Source: Eledone cirrhosa
Lineage: Eukaryota
Direction: 5' to 3'
Assembly (NCBI GenBank): GCA_964016885.1
Contig: OZ024745.1
Coordinates: forward strand, 63,488,001-63,552,000
Length of the DNA: 64,000 nt
The translations under genes were made by a program, and so were the position numbers. The notes under the pieces are model-generated. The model made no database searches. It had not been told where the DNA came from and saw only the letters and a list, made by a program, of their open reading frames with translations. This document shows, piece by piece, positions 35,990-64,000 of this stretch. The first letter of the stretch is position 1. Each line of letters starts with the position of its first letter.

Positions 35990-38327
35990 GGCGTGATTTG
36001 CGCCTTTCATTACATACAATGACTTGTCACTTTTCATACCAATCTTTCAAGTCGAAACCTCTTCCATCCAAGGAATATTGTAGAACTTATGTTTCGGTCA
36101 CACCACAGCCTGCTTTAAAACTAGACTAAAATGTCAACTCTTTGAAAAATCAAAATTATGCGTCAGTAGGATTTGTATGCTAAACTGATTATTCAAACTG
36201 ACATCTCTAGTTATGCATTCTCTTTAAGGCACGACTTGTTTGCTTGTTCTTTATATACTAGAGAATTATGCACTCCCAAGATATTTGTCATTTAACCTAA
36301 TATTAATTAATTGTTTCTACTTTAGGCACACGGCCAGCAATTACCCAGTGCATTACTGGTACTTTATTTTATCGACCCCGTAAGGATGAAAGGCAAAGTC
36401 ATAATTAATACTCACAAAACAAATGCTCACACATCATTACATATCTATTTATAAAGTTTAATTGGTATTTGATTCATAGTTTACATTACGTTTTTAACAT
36501 AATAATATTAAGATAATCTTATGTAGTGTGAATATTAAATTGTGTTTTGTACCGTCTTTCTTGCTTGCTTATTTAAAAGACTGTCTTTTAGCTTTCGTTG
36601 CCCCTCACATTTAAGTTTTTCTTGTACATATTTACCATATAATTTGGTGTCCCCGTACATCAACTGATTCAGCACGACATCTATATAATTCGGTGGGACC
36701 TGGTGCTCGCTGGCACATAATGTGGTGATAGCATAAGAATGAGTGTCTTTGTTTTCTGTTTGGCCTTAAAGCTGTTTTTTATCTATAAATACTGAAGAAA
36801 TTAATAATTTGATATTATGTTTTTAATATATGCTAGCATCTTTGAATTTAAATATATGTTGTAAACCGTTTAGCACAATAGATATTTCGATGGTTTAATT
36901 CTTTCAGTCTGCAGACGGTTATGTTGCGAAGGAAAACTTAATAGGGGTTTGAACTCGTTGTTCTTAAAAGGTCAAAGTCGTTTCATCTGGGAATCCTAAG
37001 AAATATTACGTCTGGAATTACTTGATGATATTCAAAGACAAACATTTGAAATTCATAGACGTTAGGTTATCTAACTACATATCTATATCTATAACTTATT
37101 TTGATAGGTTTCTAAGTTTTTGTTACCAAGCATGTTAGTCATTTCTAATCATTATTCAGGCAAACACCACGTCTAAAGTCAGCATTTTACAGATATTGCT
37201 AAACCAATTTTAAAACACAAGGACTTGTACCGTAATATATTATAGTATTGCACATGTTCCACCTGATTTTTTTTCTTAACATCTTAGATTTAAAATGGCT
37301 TAAGAACAATTCAATCACATGCTGGAATTATACATAATTCGTCCATCATCTAATAATTGTTCTTTTTTCCTCCACTTGGTTTCTAAAGAAATTCCGATGA
37401 ATGACACATTTGTAGCCATTATCGCATGTGAAATTCTCACACTGTTCCAGACAAGTTCGACACATACATGATTCACCTCCTCGTTAAATGGAGTCAATAT
37501 TTTTCTTCCAAAATCAATCTTATTAAAGCTTACAAGAAAATACCTCTTGAACTCAATTAAATTGTAAAAATTCGTTTGAATACCCTTCGAGTTATAGACC
37601 GCTACTAAAACATTTAAGCGGTCTGTAGATGGAGTAACTAACAGACTCGACTTCACTTTCGCATACGTTGTCGATATAAAGATCGTAATTTTCCAAAAAA
37701 ACACCATTTTCCCCCCCCCCCCCATTAATAACTGTTACTCGCTATCATCATTATGACATTGTGTTAAACCTTGACAAATATTTGCTCATGGTGTCCTCCT
37801 TGACTTTGCCTGGATACGCCTGATAAGCAAGGAATTTGACGGATGCAAGAGGATATAAAGCTCTTCGTGACTTTCTCTTACATTGGTTTTCAGAGGGAGT
37901 AGCTAATATCACAGCAAGGAGGGAATCATTCGACAGGTTTGGTAGCTGTTTCTAGAAATATAAACTATGAAAGCCATGAACGCAATATACTCCTACAAAT
38001 CAAAGCTATAAAACAAAATATTAGTGCTATAGTACTGGAATCTACTGACGAATCCCATCAACGAGGACTTTATATTACATTGCTATTTGCAATAGCTGAT
38101 GTTATGAGACACAGTGTGCGAGTATTGACATGGCATGTTCGCCTAAGCGTCCAGTAGAGTGAATGGTTGTAGTGAAAATAGGGCCCGTGTATGAATTATA
38201 CATATAAATCACTTCTCAGATAAAATTCTATAATGATCGTATTCAGGCACAAATAAATAAAACAAACAAATGAACAAATATATGTGCCATCAATATTTTT
38301 TATTCACTGATAAATATGCATGTTCAC

Positions 38328-40285
<1,958 letters not shown>

Positions 40286-40462
40286 AACATTCAAAACAAA
40301 AAAGCGGTTGAGGGGAGGTTCGGTTGCTGCTCTGGTTTGGTCCAGGGAAGTCTGGTTTGAATTAGTCTATTTTTTTTTTTTTTATTTGCAAACCGAATTG
40401 ATGATGATGATGATGATGATAATAATAATAATAATAATAATAATAATCATAATAATATTATT

Positions 40463-40502
<40 letters not shown>

Positions 40503-41009
40503 TGTTAATATTGATATTTGTAGTACTGGGGAAAATAATAATAATAAAAATAACTTAGGATTTTACAAATACAACAACAGCAGCAACAACAAAAACATTA
40601 ACAGATATATGCTGCAACATACGGCTTTGTTGGAATAGGAAGAGGTTAACTTGTGGTAGCTGTGATGGTGTTGGTGGTGGTTGTGTTGTTTGTAGTAGTA
40701 GTAGTATTAGTAGGTGTGTATGTATGTATGTATGTATGTATGTATGTATGTCCGGGAGAGATGACCCCTTAGCCTTTGTCAAGGCAGAATTCTAGGAGAA
40801 GGAAAACTCTGATATAACACCTGCAACCCTGATGGTATCCAATGATGTTGACTTGTTCTTCTTTATGGTAAATATCTTCTTGGTTAAGAGAGTGGGACTG
40901 GCTTTGTGCAGTGCCTTTGCTCACTATAAAAGCTTCACGGCACAGGCATTGCATTATATCTGGAGATCTCTCTGCACTTGTCGTCACATGGTACCATGGG
41001 CCCAGCACT

Positions 41010-41160
41010 GTATGTCAATATTTGTCACAAGTGTAGTGTTTGTACCAGAGTTTTCAAGTCGCTGGCTGGACTAAAAAGTCACACTCGTCTAGCGCATCGG
41101 TAGGGGTTCTCCTACATGGATATAAAGTAGAGGCCGTACTCGAAAACGAGTTGGCAGCCA
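41010..41160 (+). mobile_element. LINE 3' end encoding a C2H2 finger; second copy at 46113-46290
   Basis: HKCSVCTRVFKSLAGLKSHTRLAHR* ending at 41103; the ~180-bp block (40983-41160) is repeated at 46113-46290. Confidence 0.6.
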
Positions 41161-41953
41161 CCATGTATGTGTGTATATATGTGAATGTATGCAAATATAT
41201 GTTCGTATGTATATGTATGTTAATGTGGAGATAAATTACAAAAATAAAATTTCCACAAATAAATATTTTTTCTTTGCATTGAAAGAAGGCAGATGAAATA
41301 AAAAGATTGTTTAAAAAAAAAAATTATAATTTGTTAAAATCTTTCTTTTTCTGTTTTTGTTTTGTCTAGTTGTGTATGCGTGTGTGTATGCGTGTTTAAT
41401 CTTTGTGAATACTTGTGAATGCTTTGTGAATGCTTGTGAATGCTTGTTTAATCTTTCGCCTTTACTTTCTTATTTTTGTTTTACTAGTTATTCTATGTGT
41501 ATATTTGTTTGTGCTCCATAAATAAAAACTAAACCAGCAATTTGTGATTAGCATGTATTTTGTTTTGTTTACGTTTCTATGTATTTTTTAATACTGGAAT
41601 TGGAAACTACTGATAAAAAGGAAAAAATATATAATAATACAAAAAGCATTCCAATGGTGAGCACTTTGTGTTTTCTTTTTTTTTTTCACTTTTTTATTGT
41701 ATTAGTTCATCATATACTGTCTCATGTCAGCTTTCATCATTCAGATAGATCTAAGTTGTCTTTTTGCGTGACTCTTAAATTATCAGCTATCATATAAATA
41801 TGTCGTTTTAAATGTTCTTTTTCATTCTCTCTATCTGCCTTAATATTTTCTTTATTTCCTTCTTTCTTTCTGTCTTTCTGAGTTTTGTGTAGTGTTGGGT
41901 TAAAGGGGGTGTTATTTCCAGAAGTTTCCTCTTCCCGCAAATGGCATGTTAAA

Positions 41954-58935
<16,982 letters not shown>

Positions 58936-59067
58936 CTAAAATATAAAAAATAACGAAACATATAAGTCAAAACGATTCCCAGATATAAACATTCGATCAA
59001 ATATTTTCAAATTTATTCAATTATGATCTCTCACTTCCTCATTCTCTTTCTCTTTTGCTCTTTTTTT

Positions 59068-59170
<103 letters not shown>

Positions 59171-60128
59171 CACATATATATATATATATGTGTGTATTGA
59201 GAATATGGAATATGTGATCTTAAGAACGCTTTGCTCTCCATTTTGAAACGTTGAATGGCCGTTTTCGCGTACAAATTTTTTTATAACCGCTGAAGCTCCT
59301 TCATTGGCTCATAATCTCACATGTTAGGACGCGTAGACGTTGATTTAAATCAAAAGCAAAAGTAAATTCACGACTTAATTAAATTGCCGTGAAAAGATTA
59401 CATAAAGTTTTAATGAAAAGTCTTCGACAGAGTCACTTAAACTTCCAGATATCTGTGACGAAACTTCCTTGACTAAAATACTTGTCTTAGAAAAGGACCT
59501 CATAGACCCAGGTATACTATGTTTAAATAAATGTCAGAAGGATAATAGCTAGAGTGTCTTTATCAGCTGAATCAGAGCATACTTGGAATTAAAAAACAAA
59601 AGCAATACTGAAAATATTTCATTACTATAGGTCACATTTAATCTGATAATTTATATTCGTTGGTGTGGATACTGGTGAGCACCAAACCAAAATGACAGAG
59701 TGGTATTATGACTGTTGTCGTTTAGCCAAAAATCAGGCAGATTTAATCAAAGCTATTATCAATAGTGTTCCACCTATATCCCATATATATTTTAATCGAA
59801 TCACGCTATGTGATGTGACTTTCTTTTTCTAATATAATATGGTGTAGTATAAAAGAAAGTTAAAAACATATTTAGGAACCAGTGAAACCTCTGTTGTTGC
59901 TTTGAACGGAAATATTGTATATTAGACTTGTTTGTCATGTGACCAATACTTTAGAAGTGTACTGATCTCTCATTTTACAGTTTGCCTTCTTGGGAGTAAA
60001 AAATACAAGTAGTTGAATCAATATATATATAGAAGTGGTTACACAACAGTTAGTTCACCATACCGAGAACAATTGTTTCACCTTAGCGAATCCTCAGCTC
60101 GTACGGATATTACTTTCCAGTGTTCTAC

Positions 60129-60212
<84 letters not shown>

Positions 60213-60213
<1 letters not shown>

Positions 60214-60470
60214 TATTGGTGCTCTGAAATAGCGATGTATACATGAATGTATGTATAGTATATTTGGCAATATACCGTATGTTTAATTGAAAACATTTAG
60301 AAGACCATTCACTATAAGTTTTAAAGTAGTGACTATGTCACTTACCTATTCTCGGCAAAAGAAAGCGGCCGACAGACTGTCTGTTTCTCGCTTGTGAGCG
60401 TTTATCAATACCACACACTCAGTTGCCTTTACCGAGAATTATAGAGGCTGGATTCTTATAGAATTACAGT
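60213..60470 (+). repeat. Dispersed repeat homologous to the rearranged copy at 63163-63587
   Basis: Shared attggtgctctgaaatagcgat...gaagaccattc, with further inverted similarity. Confidence 0.75.
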
Positions 60471-61166
60471 AATAATCAGGAGCTACATATATGTGTGTGT
60501 GTCTGTGTGTATGTGTATATAAGTGTGCATATGTGTATGTGTATCCCTTCTATCCTTTACCAAGATCCGCTACATCATTATTAAGATGAATATATCATGG
60601 AATACGAAACATAAGTACTTTGGATATTGGAACTCTTTTGCAGAAATCTACAGAGTTTAATATCGAATAATAATAATATTATTATTGTTCGATAGAAATC
60701 TCACGAATGCCTTTACGTATCTGCTATATCAGAGCGAAAACCTATATTCTAATTTTGTTTTTAATTTTCGGCAAAGCCAGCCGTAAAATCGCTCAGTATG
60801 CAAATTAGGCATATCAGCCGATACATACTTTAGAGAATACTATATATTCTCAAGAGCTCTTATGTGCGACAGAAGAGAAATACACAATCTTGACAAAGGA
60901 GAATAACCCAGAAATAATAGTAGTGTCGGTTGTTTCTCCCTTCATCTTTGCTATAAGCTATAGAAGCTGAATTCTTATTGAATTCGAATTTTTTTTATGA
61001 GCTGTTGAAACTCATTTGCATACAGACTCCAGCTGCATTTTCAATTTTTTTCCTTATTCTTTCACCCGTGTAGGATATCCCATTTTTCTTTTGTTTCTTT
61101 GAAAAATAAAATAACCTCATTTTCAAATATATATATATATTATATATATTATTATATTTATATAAT

Positions 61167-61270
<104 letters not shown>

Positions 61271-61453
61271 CGTGTGTAAGTGTACGTGTGTGTGTGTAGT
61301 GAGAGAGAAAGAGAGAAAGAAATACATATATATATATACATATATAAACACATGCACATGTTTAGACGTGTACTTGTGTGAGATTGCTTTGTGAATATAC
61401 ACATATTCACAAACATTTGAACACAAACAATAGGCAATATTATAAATGTGCAA

Positions 61454-61675
61454 GGGCGGTGGATTGGCAGTATCGGTAGAGAGTCGGACGCCATGCTTTG
61501 CAGCAAAGAGTTACGGCCCTTTATGATCTGATTTCAAATCCCGCCGAAGTTAACTTTGCTTTTCATCCTTACGGGGTCGATAAAATAAAGTACCAGTCAC
61601 TCACTGGGGTCGATTTAATCGACTTTCCCCTCCCCCAAAATCACTGGCCTTGTGCCTATATAAGAAACCAATATT
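61454..61675 (+). mobile_element. Full-length tRNA-derived SINE (family A)
   Basis: A box tggcagtatcgg, B box-like ttcaaatcc, body tttcatccttacggggtcgataaaataaagtaccagt, tail ggccttgtgcct...agaaac. Confidence 0.88.
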
Positions 61676-62010
61676 ATAAATGTACATTTTTCATAAAGAA
61701 GTTGCTTAAATCTTTATGACAGTTAAACGTATGTATCTTTATATTTTTTTAATACACAATTTTTTATCTGATTATATTTGTTTATGTAAGAGTTTTTCCA
61801 GTTTTTCTGTTTTCATATTCTTTTCCGTTCTGTTTAACAAAATTTTTCTTTTTTGGAGGTCATCAAAGTACATTGACAAACGAACAACCACATAACGCAG
61901 ATACGGACATATGCTGTTGCATACGCACACTTATTTGAATATGAATATTACAATATATATCCTATCAGTGGGGTTAAGAACCCTCGGAGAAATGGAAAAA
62001 GATGAGTATT

Positions 62011-62076
62011 GACGTACATGGGAGTCGAACACACATCTTTGGTTATCCAGACCACTGTGCTACCATTTACACCAAC
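62011..62076 (-). pseudogene. tRNA-like sequence (pseudo-tRNA or SINE head) inside 37-bp inverted repeats (61967-62003 / 62093-62129)
   Basis: tggtgtaaatggtagcac (A box/D arm), tggt-ctggata-acca arm, gttcgactcc (B box); acceptor stem not convincing. Confidence 0.55.
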
Positions 62077-62226
62077 ACATTTTTTCAACAAAATCTTTTT
62101 CCATTTCTCCGAGGGTTCTTAACCCCACTATCATGCTAAATAATTTCTTTAATTTCTTTAGTCAAAATACGGCGATAACATTTATAATAATTTCAAACCC
62201 GCTCGCCGATTCTAAAATATTATTAC

Positions 62227-62304
<78 letters not shown>

Positions 62305-62429
62305 CGTATGCCATGGCTATGTCAGGGATTCGTATATATATATAATTGGTGTGGGATGCTTAAAGTGTTCGTATGCTGTAGGCCGTTTGAGCACTCGATG
62401 CTCTTACAGAGTAGATTATAATATCACAT

Positions 62430-62623
62430 AAGAAACGGAGAATCGGTGGTGCGACAAATTAAAATTTATTAGATATATATATTACAATCGAAATGTCTCT
62501 GAAATCGCAAGATCCTCAGATACGTCTCGATTCTTTGAAGCAGAGTTTCCAAATGGTCGGCAGAGAAACGATTGTAATATGTTTAATAAATTTTAATTTG
62601 TCGCACCACTGATTCTCCGTTTC
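62430..62623. repeat. Fold-back repeat containing a hammerhead 3' half (GAAACGATTGTA)
   Basis: agaaacggagaatcggtggtgcgacaaattaaaatttatta and its reverse complement. Confidence 0.75.
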
Positions 62624-62651
62624 TAATTTGATACATATGCATATATATGAT

Positions 62652-62764
<113 letters not shown>

Positions 62765-62847
62765 TAACGGAGTCATAGACTCGCGTTAGTCCCTGTAAAT
62801 TATGTGCTCAAAGGAAAAGGAATCCTAGGTTCTTCAAATATAAGATG

Positions 62848-63138
62848 TAGAAAAGATAACACACGAGAGAGAGAGTGTGTGTTTATCAATGTACAGGGAA
62901 AACCACCAGTGTATGGAATCTATAAACTACGAAAGGTGAGGTAGGCGCATAATAATTAAAAATATAAATCAGAATGAATTTACCCACCTTTATAACAATA
63001 GTTATAAAGGTGGGAAAATTCATTCTGATTTATATTACCTCACCTTTCGTAGTTTATAGATTCCATACACTGGTAGTTTTCCCTCTACATTATTAAACAC
63101 ACACACCCTCTCTCTTTCTCTCGTGTGTTATCTTTTCT
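62848..63138. repeat. Long fold-back inverted repeat (~140-bp arms)
   Basis: Centre cacctttataac-aata-gttataaaggtg; arms end in tagaaaagataacacacgagag / ctctcgtgtgttatcttttcta. Confidence 0.88.
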
Positions 63139-63580
63139 AAATATATATATATATATAAAATTAGAATTGGTGCTCTGAAATAGCGATATATATATGAATG
63201 TATATACAGTGTATTTTGCAATACACTGTATGCTTAATTAAAAGCATTTTGAAGACCATTCCCATATGTATCGCTTTTTCAGAGCACCAATTCTAATTTT
63301 CAATTTCTGCTGGACCGGCGACCGCTCTGTATAATCAGTTCCTGATTGTTACTGGAATTCTATAAGAATCCAACACACATAATTTTCAGCAGACAGGGAG
63401 AGTAGTGAGCTTTGATAAGTACCAAAAAGTACGAAACAGAGCTCTGTCAACTTATCTCCCCTTGTTTGCTGAAACTTTAAGTAAGCGACATAATCACTAC
63501 TTTAAAACACTAGCGTATGGTCGTCAAAATGCTTTTAATTAAGCATACAGTGTATTGCAAAATACACTATATATACATTC

Positions 63581-63636
<56 letters not shown>

Positions 63637-63680
63637 TATATATATTATATATATATATAATATATATATAATATATATAT

Positions 63681-63770
<90 letters not shown>

Positions 63771-63780
63771 ATATATATAT

Positions 63781-63811
<31 letters not shown>

Positions 63812-63957
63812 ATATATATATTATATATATATATATATAATATATATATCTTATATATATATATATATATAATATATATATAATATATATATAATATATA
63901 TATATATATATTATATATATATTATATATATATTATATATATATATAATATATATAT

Positions 63958-64000
<43 letters not shown>
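63581..64000. repeat. Long imperfect (TA)n tract
   Basis: Direct reading. Confidence 0.95.

Noticed and set aside
37315-37725. 136-aa minus-strand ORF
   Set aside because: No motif I can recognise; starts in a homopolymer run
60340-60352. Minus-strand GTAAGT donor as candidate first exon of the Ig gene
   Set aside because: Lies within a dispersed repeat with no signal-peptide ORF; the true first exon is probably outside the window

Overview
AT-rich, microsatellite-dense eukaryotic DNA, most likely from a coleoid cephalopod (octopus-like SINEs and RTE LINEs; this is an inference). The only host gene I can support is a minus-strand, multi-exon, two-Ig-domain IMP-L2/ZIG-like gene. Seven coding exons lie between 58935 and 41954, and the first (signal peptide) exon was not found. 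The rest is mobile DNA: tRNA-derived SINEs, degenerate RTE-clade LINEs (one with a PHD-like finger inside the RT), a CRE-like LINE tail, and two 5'-truncated GIY-YIG Penelope-like elements (PLEs) with inverted pseudo-LTRs. There are also many (TA)n-embedded fold-back remnants of other pLTR families. The most notable system is non-coding and ribozyme-based. A head-to-tail array of about 5.5 units of ~420 bp (28057-30381) carries a minimal type I hammerhead ribozyme and an octamer motif in each unit. This is a retrozyme-like, putatively circRNA-producing element. A diverged, covarying relative lies at 20028-20860, and both loci sit beside PLEs. About twenty hammerhead motifs from several families can be read in the window, including a family with a conserved non-canonical CAGAAGA core. 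Nearly all listed ORFs made of YI/CV/HT repeats are microsatellite artefacts.
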